This document shows, in pieces, positions 47,832-56,582 of a stretch of 64,000 bases of DNA. The position numbers and the translations under genes were made by a program. The notes below the pieces were generated by a model, which had not been told where the DNA came from, did no database searches, and worked only from the letters and a program-made list of their open reading frames with translations. The stretch comes from a virus. The stretch's first letter is position 1. Each line of letters starts with the position of its first letter. The stretch covers positions 6,923 to 70,922 of IMG/VR virus record IMGVR_UViG_3300047357_001427, one strand, 5' to 3'.

Positions 47832-48787
47832 AGCAAGAAAAAATATTCATAGCTGGCCATCGCGGAATGGTCGGTTCTTCTATACTTGGCAAGCTTGAAC
47901 GCTCAAACTATTCCAATATTGTAACAAGAACCAGGCAAGAGATGAACCTAATGAATAAACATAAGGTTTTGGACTTCTTTAGGGATGAAAAAATTGACAC
48001 AGTAATTCTTTGCGCAGCTAAGGTTGGCGGAATTCTGGCCAACAATACATACAGAGCAGACTTCCTTTATGATAATTTACAAATTTCATCAACAATAATA
48101 AAGGCTGCGCAAAAGTTTGGAGTCAAGAAGTTAATCAACTTAGGTTCTTCATGCATATATCCAAAGCATGCAGACATACCAATTAAAGAAGAATACTTGT
48201 TAACCGGGCCACTCGAACATACCAATGAGCCCTATGCTATAGCTAAAATAGCGGCGCTCAAAATGTGCGAAAGCTTCTACGATCAATATGGTTGCAACTT
48301 TTACTCGGTAATGCCGTGCAATCTATACGGCCCTAGGGATAATTTTGATCTAAAGAGTTCGCACGTCCTGCCTGCTTTAATAAACAAAATACATTGCGCA
48401 AAAGAAAAAGGCGATAAATCAATAGAAGTATGGGGATCTGGCAAGCCCCTACGTGAATTTTTATATGTCGAAGATTTGGCTGATGGCGTTATCCATTGCA
48501 TGGAGAACATAAACGCAGAGGACATATATAGCGATGGCGTTTCCCATATAAATTGTGGATCAGAACAAGAGGTTACGATATTAGAATTAGTGCATTTAAT
48601 CAAAGACGCAATCGGCTATGATGGAGAAATAGTATTTGACAGCTCTAAGCCGGACGGAACTTTTAGAAAAAAAATGGACAACACAAGAATTAAATCAAAA
48701 GGATTCTCGCCAAAAGTCGCACTAAAGGATGGAATAGTTAAAACGTACAAATGGTATCTAGAAAATTTAAACATTGACTGCGATTAA
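47828..48787 (+). CDS. fcl: GDP-L-fucose synthase
   Basis: AGHRGMVGS, AAKVGGI, LGSSCIYP, TNEPYAIAK, NLYGPRDNF, SHVLPAL, VWGSGKPLREF, KPDG. Confidence 0.96.
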   Translation: MKQEKIFIAGHRGMVGSSILGKLERSNYSNIVTRTRQEMNLMNKHKVLDFFRDEKIDTVILCAAKVGGILANNTYRADFLYDNLQISSTIIKAAQKFGVKKLINLGSSCIYPKHADIPIKEEYLLTGPLEHTNEPYAIAKIAALKMCESFYDQYGCNFYSVMPCNLYGPRDNFDLKSSHVLPALINKIHCAKEKGDKSIEVWGSGKPLREFLYVEDLADGVIHCMENINAEDIYSDGVSHINCGSEQEVTILELVHLIKDAIGYDGEIVFDSSKPDGTFRKKMDNTRIKSKGFSPKVALKDGIVKTYKWYLENLNIDCD

Positions 48788-48802
48788 GTGTAAAACATAA
48801 TT

Positions 48803-49714
48803 ATGTCAAAGAAAAAATGTTTAGTTACAGGTGGCGCCGGATTTATTGGCAGCCATCTCGTTGAAAGATTACTTAAAGCCGGACACGATGTTATCGTAGT
48901 TGATGATGAATCCTCCACAGCAAATTCTAATTTCACATGGAGAGATGATTGCGAAAACCACAAAGTAGATATCTGTGATTTTGAAAAACTTAATCCACTC
49001 TTCAAGGGTGTTGACTTGGTTTTTCATCTAGCTGCTAGGTCCAGGATACAAATTTGCGTACAGGATCCGGCTGATGCCATCAAGAATAACTCGCTAGGAA
49101 CCTGCAACGTTCTTCAGGCCGCACGACTAAATGACTGCAAGAAAGTAATGTTCGCAGGAACATCCTCTTGCTATGGGCTCAAAAACCCAATTCCCCTAAG
49201 AGAGGATATGCCAAATGATTGCTTGAACCCATATTCTGTAAGCAAGTCTAACTGCGAAGAGCTTTGCAAAATGTATACAAAACTTTTTAACCTAGAAACT
49301 GTTCTATTTAGATTCTTTAACGTCTACGGCGAGCGCCAGCCTTTAGCTGGAGATTACGCGCCAGTTGTCGGCCTATTCTTCAGGCAAAAAGAATCGGGCG
49401 AAGCAATGACTGTTGTCGGAGATGGCCTTCAAACTAGAGACTACACTCATGTCAAAGACATAGTCGAGGCGATGTTTCTGGCTGGAGAATCGCATGACAA
49501 GAAAATCGTGGGAGAGCTTTTCAACCTCGGAACTGGCACAAATCATTCAGTCTTAGACTTGGTTAAATTAACTGGAGGTGAGCACGTTCATATCCCGGCA
49601 AGACCAGGAGAGTCAAGAGAAACTCTTGCGGACAACACTAAGGCTAAAACTATGCTTGGATGGAATCCATCCCGCAAAATAGAAGATTGGATTGAAAAGA
49701 ACAGACCAAATTAA
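48803..49714 (+). CDS. NAD-dependent nucleotide-sugar epimerase/dehydratase
   Basis: TGGAGFIGSH, YSVSK, RFFNVYG, GDGLQTRDY. Confidence 0.92.
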   Translation: MSKKKCLVTGGAGFIGSHLVERLLKAGHDVIVVDDESSTANSNFTWRDDCENHKVDICDFEKLNPLFKGVDLVFHLAARSRIQICVQDPADAIKNNSLGTCNVLQAARLNDCKKVMFAGTSSCYGLKNPIPLREDMPNDCLNPYSVSKSNCEELCKMYTKLFNLETVLFRFFNVYGERQPLAGDYAPVVGLFFRQKESGEAMTVVGDGLQTRDYTHVKDIVEAMFLAGESHDKKIVGELFNLGTGTNHSVLDLVKLTGGEHVHIPARPGESRETLADNTKAKTMLGWNPSRKIEDWIEKNRPN

Positions 49715-50549
49715 AATCGGGGTTATAGGAAATGGATTCGTTGGTTCCGCAGTTGCCAACGGATTTTCGTCCGAGGAAGTAAAGGTATATGATAAAAATT
49801 CAGACTTATCGACCCACCCACTTAGAGATGTAATACTTCAGGATTTTGTTTTCATATGCGTACCAACACCAATGAGGGATATTATGGGAGATGATTGCAA
49901 TCTATCAATTATAGAATCCTGCTTTAGCGAAATTAAATCTATTGGTTCGAACGCCACCTTTATAATAAAATCAACGGTTCCAATTGGGACAACTGACAAC
50001 CTGCAGGAAGCGCATCCGGAATTACACATCATCCATTCCCCAGAATTTCTTACCGCTAAATTCGCAAAAGAAGATTTCATTAATGCGGATAGGCATATAA
50101 TAGGCTACACCAAATACCAGCACGTCGCACAGGAAGCTGCTAGCTTATTCAAATACAATTTTCCTAATGTTCCATGTCTTATAATGAAAAGCGTTGAGTC
50201 TGAATCCGTAAAGTATATCGCCAACTGTTTCTTTGCTACTAAGGTTAGTTTTTTTAATGAGATACACCTCCTAATTAATAAACTTGGATTAGATTGGGAC
50301 TCTATTATTGATGGAGTCATTGGTGACAAAAGAATAGGTGAATCCCACTATCAAGTTCCCGGTCACGACGGAGACAAAGGTTTTGGTGGCACATGCTTTC
50401 CAAAAGACATTAATGCATTAATATCCACCTTTGAGAAAAATGGGTTAGATGCGAAACTTTTAAAATCAGCATGGTCAGTCAATCTAGACGTAAGGAAAGA
50501 CTTAGATTGGGGAAATTCAACCTCCGCCGTAAACGATAGCGATTCATAA
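49692..50549 (+). CDS. UDP-glucose/GDP-mannose dehydrogenase family protein (short form)
   Basis: GNGFVG, ICVPTP, IKSTVPIGT, PEFL, GFGGTCFPKD. Only 285 aa; the C-terminal domain appears absent. Confidence 0.85.
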   Translation: MKRTDQIKIGVIGNGFVGSAVANGFSSEEVKVYDKNSDLSTHPLRDVILQDFVFICVPTPMRDIMGDDCNLSIIESCFSEIKSIGSNATFIIKSTVPIGTTDNLQEAHPELHIIHSPEFLTAKFAKEDFINADRHIIGYTKYQHVAQEAASLFKYNFPNVPCLIMKSVESESVKYIANCFFATKVSFFNEIHLLINKLGLDWDSIIDGVIGDKRIGESHYQVPGHDGDKGFGGTCFPKDINALISTFEKNGLDAKLLKSAWSVNLDVRKDLDWGNSTSAVNDSDS

Positions 50550-50560
50550 ATTTAGCAACA

Positions 50561-50614
50561 AGCGAACTAGGGATTCTCTTTGTCATCTTGTTTATTCAAG
50601 ATTCAACTATTCAT
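50561..50614. repeat. 54-bp intergenic repeat, copy A
   Basis: 41/54 identical without gaps to 56473-56526; central ATCTTG-N6-CAAGAT inverted repeat. Confidence 0.85.
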
Positions 50615-50655
50615 CCTTGGTTTTTTTATTGTTAATAAATTATTTTCGTTTTTAC

Positions 50656-50684
50656 TTGATCTACACGTTTTTTTATGTTAGTAT
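50656..50684 (+). promoter_or_regulatory. Sigma70-type promoter upstream of nrdA
   Basis: TTGATC-17 nt-TAGTAT with TGn extension. Confidence 0.55.
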
Positions 50685-50749
50685 GCTTACTTTAACAAAA
50701 CTTACATTTTTTATAAAACAACACAACCCCTTAGTGTAAAAACAATTTC

Positions 50750-53218
50750 ATGAATATTAAAGTTAAGAAAAGAAATGGCCGCCTAGAAGAATTCGAAGTA
50801 GATAAAATAAACGCCAGCGCATTAAGAGCGTGCAGTGACATAGACAACGTTTCTCCAAGCGAGATAGTATTAGATGCACAGTTGCAATTATTCGATAAAA
50901 TAACTACTATCGAAATAGACAAAGCTTTGGTTTTATCTGCTAGAGAAAAAATAGAAAAAGAGCCAAACTATTCTTACGCTGCTGCAGGGTTACTCTTGAA
51001 CTGCCTATACAAAGAAGTATTTAAAGAAGGGGTTGACTCAGAAGCTTTTGAGTCACAGTATAGAAAAAGCTTTATACAGAACATTAAAAAATTAGTAAAG
51101 CAGGAAATGCTAGACGAGAGATTACTTGGATTTGATTTTGCTAAACTCTCAGAGGCGCTAAAGATAGACAGAGACAAGAAGTTTAAATACTTAGGAATCC
51201 AGATACTATTTGATCGTTACTTCATAAGAAGTGAAAAGAAAATAATGGAAACTCCTCAAGCTTTCTGGATGAGAGTTGCAATGGGTCTAGCCATCAACGA
51301 AGAAGATAAAAACGAAAAAGCAATAGAGTTCTACAATCTGTTCAGTCAATTTTTATATACAGCCTCTACTCCCACACTATTCAACAGCGGTACAACACAC
51401 TCACAGCTTAGCTCTTGTTACCTTAATACTTTTGACGATAGTATTGATGGTATATTTGATGGGGCCTGGCAAGAAGCTAGAAAATCCAAGTTTGCTGGTG
51501 GTTTAGGTTTTGATGTAACTCCATTTAGGTCTTCAGGCTCCCACATCAAGGGAACAAATGGAACTTCTGGAGGTTTAATTCCATGGTTGAAAATTTACAA
51601 CGACTTGCTGGTCGCCGTAAACCAAGGCGGAAAGCGCCCAGGTGCAGGTTGCGCATACCTAGAACCTTGGCATTTAGACTTTGAGGACTTCTTAAACTTA
51701 AGAAGAAATACTGGCGACGATAGACTTAGGTGTCACGATATGAATACTGCTTCATGGATTCCAGATATCTTTATGAGGAAAGTTGAATCTAATGAAGATT
51801 GGTATTTCTTTGACCCAAACGAAAAGCTCATTGATAGTGAAGTAAGTCTGCACGATTCCTTTGGCGAAGACTTTGACAATAAGTATAACGCAATGTGCCA
51901 ATCAGCAGAAGAAGGAAATGTTAAAAACTTCAGAAAAACCCCAGCAAAAGAGTTGTGGAAAAAAATGCTCAAGGTATTATTTGAGACATCACATCCTTGG
52001 TGTACCTTCAAGGATCCGTGCAATATAAGATACACCAATCAGCATGAAGGAGTTGTCCATAGTAGTAATCTATGCACAGAAATAACACTCCACACTAAAG
52101 CCTCTAAATATAAATCCGGCGAGAAGACTGAAATTGGAGAGACTGCTGTATGTAACTTAGGATCAATAAATCTACTCAACCATGTGGAGGAGAAGTCCAC
52201 GCACGGCAAGTCTGGTTATTTTATTAATTACGATAAACTGAAATCAACAATACATACAGCTGTAAGAATGCTTGATAATGTTATTGATATCAACTTTTAT
52301 CCAACAAAGGAAGCTGCTAACTCAAATCTGAAAAATCGCCCTATAGGTCTAGGCATGATGGCGATACACGACGTGCTTCATAAATTAAATATTAATATTG
52401 ATAGCGATGAATCTATTAAATTCAATGATGAATTGTTTGAGTTTTATTCTTGCCAATCCATATACGCTAGCTCCATACTGGCCAAGGAAAGAGGATCCTA
52501 TGAAACTTATGAAGGCTCGCTATGGAGTCAAAATATTTTCCCAATTGATTCCTACAATAACCTAATGTCCTACAAGGGACAAACGCCATCTGGTAATGGT
52601 GAAACCAAGAAAGACGAGTGGGAGATCTCAAGGCGACATGTTTCTGAATTCGGTATGAGAAACTCTAATGTTATGGCTATTGCGCCAACTGCAACCATAG
52701 GTTATATTAACGGGGTAGAGCAAAGCATTGAGCCCAACTTTTCCGTACTCTTTGTTTATGAAAATAAAAGCGGCAACTTCTTTATTACTAACCAGCATTT
52801 TATTGATGATATGAAAGACGAAGGCTTGTGGAGTCCCGAGGTGGCAAAGCTAGTCAAGGATGTTGATGGAGATCTTTCTTTACTTAATGGCGATATCCCA
52901 CAGTGGATAAAGGAAAAATACAAAACTGCCTTTGACAGGGATATGTTCAAGTTAATAGAATGCAACGCAGCTAGGCAAAAATGGCTCGACCAAGCAATTA
53001 GCTTTAATTTATACAACAACTCAACGTCCTTGAAGTACTTAAATGACATTTACATGGAGTGCTGGAAATCAGGACTAAAGACAACGTACTATTTAAGGAA
53101 TAGGGCCGCCAGTAAGGTAGAGAAGTCGACCTCCGAAGATTCAAATTCTTCTAGCTCTCAAACCGCCTGCAGTATTGAAGCGATGAAGAATGGTGGAGAA
53201 TGTGAAAGCTGTCAATAG
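50750..53218 (+). CDS. nrdA: Class I ribonucleotide reductase alpha subunit with ATP-cone
   Basis: VKKRNG ATP-cone, TPTLFN, SSCY, NQGGKRPG, SNLCTE, AIAPTAT, KTTYY, C-terminal CESCQ. Confidence 0.97.
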   Translation: MNIKVKKRNGRLEEFEVDKINASALRACSDIDNVSPSEIVLDAQLQLFDKITTIEIDKALVLSAREKIEKEPNYSYAAAGLLLNCLYKEVFKEGVDSEAFESQYRKSFIQNIKKLVKQEMLDERLLGFDFAKLSEALKIDRDKKFKYLGIQILFDRYFIRSEKKIMETPQAFWMRVAMGLAINEEDKNEKAIEFYNLFSQFLYTASTPTLFNSGTTHSQLSSCYLNTFDDSIDGIFDGAWQEARKSKFAGGLGFDVTPFRSSGSHIKGTNGTSGGLIPWLKIYNDLLVAVNQGGKRPGAGCAYLEPWHLDFEDFLNLRRNTGDDRLRCHDMNTASWIPDIFMRKVESNEDWYFFDPNEKLIDSEVSLHDSFGEDFDNKYNAMCQSAEEGNVKNFRKTPAKELWKKMLKVLFETSHPWCTFKDPCNIRYTNQHEGVVHSSNLCTEITLHTKASKYKSGEKTEIGETAVCNLGSINLLNHVEEKSTHGKSGYFINYDKLKSTIHTAVRMLDNVIDINFYPTKEAANSNLKNRPIGLGMMAIHDVLHKLNINIDSDESIKFNDELFEFYSCQSIYASSILAKERGSYETYEGSLWSQNIFPIDSYNNLMSYKGQTPSGNGETKKDEWEISRRHVSEFGMRNSNVMAIAPTATIGYINGVEQSIEPNFSVLFVYENKSGNFFITNQHFIDDMKDEGLWSPEVAKLVKDVDGDLSLLNGDIPQWIKEKYKTAFDRDMFKLIECNAARQKWLDQAISFNLYNNSTSLKYLNDIYMECWKSGLKTTYYLRNRAASKVEKSTSEDSNSSSSQTACSIEAMKNGGECESCQ

Positions 53219-53612
53219 AAGAGCCTCTGGTGTTGCTGTACTATTTAAAAATTCGGTACTATTAGCCAAGAGGTCAGAAAAGTGCTACGTTACCGGAAAG
53301 TCATATCCTTACGGAGGTTACTGGTCTGTGTTTGGTGGATCAATAGATGAAGGAGAAACTCCAATTGAGTGCGCCGGAAGGGAATTAATGGAAGAGTCAA
53401 AGATATTTGTAGACTTTAAATTTATTGAGTTTATCGATGTAATAAGAGATGAATATTGTGATTTTTACTTTCATATACATAGGTCCAATAAAATAGTGGT
53501 TCCACAGTTATGCCAAGAACATACTGAGTTTGGTTGGTTCAAAATCAACGAGCTAGTAAATTTTCAAGACTTAATAGATCCTAACATAGTTAGCCTTCTA
53601 GATGGTATATAA
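53190..53612 (+). CDS. NUDIX hydrolase
   Basis: GGSIDEGETPIECAGRELMEES Nudix box; EHTEFGW. Confidence 0.9.
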   Translation: MVENVKAVNRRASGVAVLFKNSVLLAKRSEKCYVTGKSYPYGGYWSVFGGSIDEGETPIECAGRELMEESKIFVDFKFIEFIDVIRDEYCDFYFHIHRSNKIVVPQLCQEHTEFGWFKINELVNFQDLIDPNIVSLLDGI

Positions 53613-53638
53613 TTGCACTTTAATGTGTATTTATATAC

Positions 53639-54730
53639 ATGAGAAAAAAACTAATACAATCGATAGCGTCCTTATTACTAGACAATCCAGTATCTAAATA
53701 CGTTAAAAAGAATAAATTTTCAGAAAAAAAATTAAATGTTTCTGAGCATCCTGCAGATAAAAGAGATTGGGTTCATGTCTCTCAGTATTTAAAATCCGAA
53801 AGCGTCAACAGCAAGGAATTCTCCAGAAGATCACTATGCGTAAGCGTCGCTAACCAAGGGTCAATAGGTTCATGCGTGGGCCACAGCGGAAGGGTTGTTC
53901 TTGGTTCGGCTAGTGCGTTCAAGAACGAAGAGCCAAGCCCTATGTGGATATACAAGACCGCTAAAAAATACGACCCATGGGCCGGTGAAGATTACTCAGG
54001 AACATCAATCAGGGGTGCTGCTAACGCATTAATAAACGAAGGTTGCTGCTTTGAAAGCTTTTGGCCATATATAGATAGCGAATCCAGCAACCCCAAAGAA
54101 GGAGCAAAAGAAGACGCTGGACTCAAAAAGATTAGCTCCTACCACGTTATACCCTGCTCTGAAACAGAAGAGATTAAAAGGATGGTGATTGACCGTCCAC
54201 TTTGGTATGCGTTCAAAGTCAGGGATTATTTTTTTTCCATTGGCTATGACGGCATTGTTGATACAGAAAAATACCTAGCATCAGAGGTTGCAGGCGGCCA
54301 TGCGGTATGCCTCATTGGTTGGAAGTATATAAACGACAAGCTTTACTGGGAATTCCAAAACAGTTGGGGTTTATTTTTTGGAAACTCTGGCTACTTTTTT
54401 ATGGAGGATTCCTTATTTAAGTTTTCTATCATGAACTCTATTGGCCCTTACTATGTAGAGTTTTCGGATGGGTTTGTTAATCCAAAACCAATTGACCCCG
54501 AACCAGAACCAGAGCCAGAGCCTGTAGAACCAGAACCAGAACCTGTAGAACCAGAGCCAGAACCTGTAGAACCAGAACCAGAACCTGTAGAACCAGAACC
54601 AGAACCTGTAGAACCAGAACCAGAGCCTGTAGAACCAGAACCAGAGCCAGAACCCAAGAAAAGCAAAAACATACCATTGATAATTTGCGCAATAGTTGTG
54701 ATTCTGGCATTGATCATATCCTCTAGTTAA
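53639..54730 (+). CDS. Papain-like (C1A) cysteine peptidase with Pro-Glu stalk and C-terminal TM helix
   Basis: QGSIGSCVGH, GGHAVCLIGW and QNSWG catalytic motifs; EPEPEPV repeats; IPLIICAIVVILALII. Confidence 0.9.
   Translation: MRKKLIQSIASLLLDNPVSKYVKKNKFSEKKLNVSEHPADKRDWVHVSQYLKSESVNSKEFSRRSLCVSVANQGSIGSCVGHSGRVVLGSASAFKNEEPSPMWIYKTAKKYDPWAGEDYSGTSIRGAANALINEGCCFESFWPYIDSESSNPKEGAKEDAGLKKISSYHVIPCSETEEIKRMVIDRPLWYAFKVRDYFFSIGYDGIVDTEKYLASEVAGGHAVCLIGWKYINDKLYWEFQNSWGLFFGNSGYFFMEDSLFKFSIMNSIGPYYVEFSDGFVNPKPIDPEPEPEPEPVEPEPEPVEPEPEPVEPEPEPVEPEPEPVEPEPEPVEPEPEPEPKKSKNIPLIICAIVVILALIISSS
54497..54655 (+). repeat. 21-bp coding tandem repeat (EPEPEPV)
   Basis: CCTGTA recurs every 21 bp at 54521, 54542, 54563, 54584, 54605 and 54626 within GA(A/G)CCA hexamers. 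Confidence 0.95.
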
Positions 54731-55047
54731 TGAATTTAATCATAGATTCAACTCTATCCGAACCACCCAGTGAGATATCCTGTTTCAGGGACGTGACCAT
54801 GTATAGTAAAGTGTTTCATTTTGAAAACGTACTGCTTTCCTGCAAGATGGGTACAAGATCTATGTACTGGAATTGGTTGAAGAATAACGGCGCTCATGAT
54901 TTTATCTCCTATGTTCTCCACGAGGGGGAGCTGGAGTCTGGCGCATTAATCCATCCCAAAAAAGGAGATATAGTTGTAGATAGAATAAATGCACTAAACC
55001 TAAACTACATAATAACTAGACTCAAAAAAATATCAGACAATTTATAA
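54730..55047 (+). CDS. Hypothetical protein
   Basis: 105 aa, TAATG-coupled to the peptidase gene. Confidence 0.65.
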   Translation: MNLIIDSTLSEPPSEISCFRDVTMYSKVFHFENVLLSCKMGTRSMYWNWLKNNGAHDFISYVLHEGELESGALIHPKKGDIVVDRINALNLNYIITRLKKISDNL

Positions 55048-55371
55048 ATGAAAAAATATCTATTAATTTTAATCATCCCCTTTTTGCTTAATTGTTCTAC
55101 ATTTAAAAAAAGTAAAAACACTAATAACTCGACAAGTATACAACAAGTTATACCAAGCATTAATGATTTCAATAAAGCTGATATAAATAAAGACCAAGTT
55201 ATAGATAAAAATGAATCAATTAAATTTTTTAATAAAAATAATTCAATAGACTACGATACTCCTTTTGCAGTTTTCTCTATACTGTCAACTATTGTTATGG
55301 TTATTTGTTTTTGGCCGATAGTTTATTCTTATTTAACGTCGTTAATTAAAAGATTCAAGAATCGTTCTTGA
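55048..55371 (+). CDS. Putative lipoprotein with EF-hand-like loop and C-terminal TM helix
   Basis: MKK-hydrophobic-LLNC lipobox-like signal; DINKDQVIDKNE loop; FAVFSILSTIVMVICFWPIVY TM segment; basic tail. Confidence 0.6.
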   Translation: MKKYLLILIIPFLLNCSTFKKSKNTNNSTSIQQVIPSINDFNKADINKDQVIDKNESIKFFNKNNSIDYDTPFAVFSILSTIVMVICFWPIVYSYLTSLIKRFKNRS

Positions 55372-55379
55372 TTTTTTTT
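55353..55379 (+). terminator. Possible intrinsic terminator
   Basis: TCAAGAA-TCG-TTCTTGA followed by a T8 run. Confidence 0.5.
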
Positions 55380-55381
55380 AC

Positions 55382-55410
55382 TTGACCTTTCTTATTTTTT
55401 GTTGTATAGT
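55382..55410 (+). promoter_or_regulatory. Sigma70-type promoter upstream of nrdB
   Basis: TTGACC-17 nt-TATAGT. Confidence 0.7.
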
Positions 55411-55449
55411 TATGTGATCTAATTATTAATCGCATTCGTTATACTATAC

Positions 55450-56463
55450 ATGAAAGATAAAACAGGAGAACTTTTAACAGACAATATCGCCGGGGTAAAC
55501 AGAATATTGCCCCATAAACATAAATATGCATGGGACTTATTCCTCAAAAGTTGCGCAAACAACTGGATGCCCACTGAAATATCTATGCAAAACGATATAG
55601 CTCAATGGAAAAACAATGAAATTACAGAAGATGAAAAATTACTTGTTAAACGATGTCTTGGATTTTTTGCAGGAAGTGAGTCTTTGGTTGGCAATAATTT
55701 GCTTTTGTCCGCTTTTCGTTATATTACAGACGCTGAGTGTCGCCAGTATATATTGCGTCAAGCTTTTGAAGAAAGTCTTCACAACCTAACTGTTGTATAC
55801 ATATGCGATAGTCTTGATTTAGAAATTGACGAGGTCTATGCGGCCTATCAAAATGTTCCAAGCATTAAAGCTAAGGATGATTTCTTGATGCAGATTACTG
55901 ACGATATTAGTTCTAATGACTTCAACTCAACTAGCATTGAGGGTAAACAGGCTATATTAAGAAACTTCTTGACCTACTGGATTATATGCGAAGGTACTTT
56001 TTTCTTTAGTGGCTTTGCTATGCTTCTTGCGCTTGGTCGCCAAAATAAATTACAGGGTGTTTCTGATCAGATTAAATATACATTGAGGGACGAAAGCTCT
56101 CACATTGCATTTGGAACTTATCTCATCAATACTTTAATTGATCAAAACCCCTCTATCTGGACTAAAGAAATTCAAGAGGAATTTATTGAACACATTAAAA
56201 AAGCAGTTGACCTTGAAATTGCTTACGCAAAAGATGTTCTTCCCACTGGAATACTTGGCTTGAATGCAGACATGTTCGTGGACTATATGCATTACATTGG
56301 TAATAGACGCCTAGAAGCTATAGGATTAGATTACAGGTTCCCTAGCGACAAGAACCCATTCCCTTGGCTCGGAGAGGTTGTTGACGTGCAGGCGATGGGT
56401 AATTTCTTTGAAAGAAGAGTTCGCGAGTATCAACAAAGCGGCTCGTTAGAAGACGACTTTTAG
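55450..56463 (+). CDS. nrdB: Ribonucleotide reductase beta subunit, class Ic (R2c)-like
   Basis: NWMPTE, FFAGSESLVGNN, EESLH, EGTFFFSGF, RDESSH, NFFERRVREY. Confidence 0.95.
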   Translation: MKDKTGELLTDNIAGVNRILPHKHKYAWDLFLKSCANNWMPTEISMQNDIAQWKNNEITEDEKLLVKRCLGFFAGSESLVGNNLLLSAFRYITDAECRQYILRQAFEESLHNLTVVYICDSLDLEIDEVYAAYQNVPSIKAKDDFLMQITDDISSNDFNSTSIEGKQAILRNFLTYWIICEGTFFFSGFAMLLALGRQNKLQGVSDQIKYTLRDESSHIAFGTYLINTLIDQNPSIWTKEIQEEFIEHIKKAVDLEIAYAKDVLPTGILGLNADMFVDYMHYIGNRRLEAIGLDYRFPSDKNPFPWLGEVVDVQAMGNFFERRVREYQQSGSLEDDF

Positions 56464-56472
56464 ATTCTTAAA

Positions 56473-56526
56473 AGCGCCTTAGGGATTCATACTATCATCT
56501 TGCTTGTTCAAGATTCTGATATTCAT
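56473..56526. repeat. 54-bp intergenic repeat, copy B
   Basis: Direct repeat of 50561-50614 (41/54 identical). Confidence 0.85.
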
Positions 56527-56582
56527 TTTCAAGAGTTTTAATTTTATTAGATATATAACACTCATGTAGTGTAATATATATA

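Noticed and set aside
41405-50549. Bacterial chromosomal O-antigen/capsule locus (prophage boundary)
   Set aside because: No wzx/wzy/wzm genes, housekeeping genes, integrase or att site were seen, and the GTGTA motif of the tail genes recurs within and beyond the cluster.
50600-50614. TGA recoding suggested by the in-frame TGA in repeat copy A
   Set aside because: TGA ends many genes in ATGA overlaps (15506, 21639, 23015, 63791) and long ORFs are intact under the standard code.
50721-50737. NrdR-box-like ACACAACCCCTTAGTGT upstream of nrdA
   Set aside because: 17 bp rather than 16, the centre does not match the ATAT core and there is no tandem second box. It is better explained by the GTGTA motif.
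50750-53218. Intein or intron in nrdA
   Set aside because: 822 aa is normal for an ATP-cone alpha subunit, motifs are contiguous and no splice-junction or homing-endonuclease motifs were seen.
54497-54655. Possible CRISPR array
   Set aside because: Tandem in-frame coding repeat with no unique spacers; no cas genes in the window.
54451-54717. Antisense Gly/Ser-repeat and Leu/Val-repeat ORFs
   Set aside because: They are simply the reverse complement of the EPEPEPV coding repeat.
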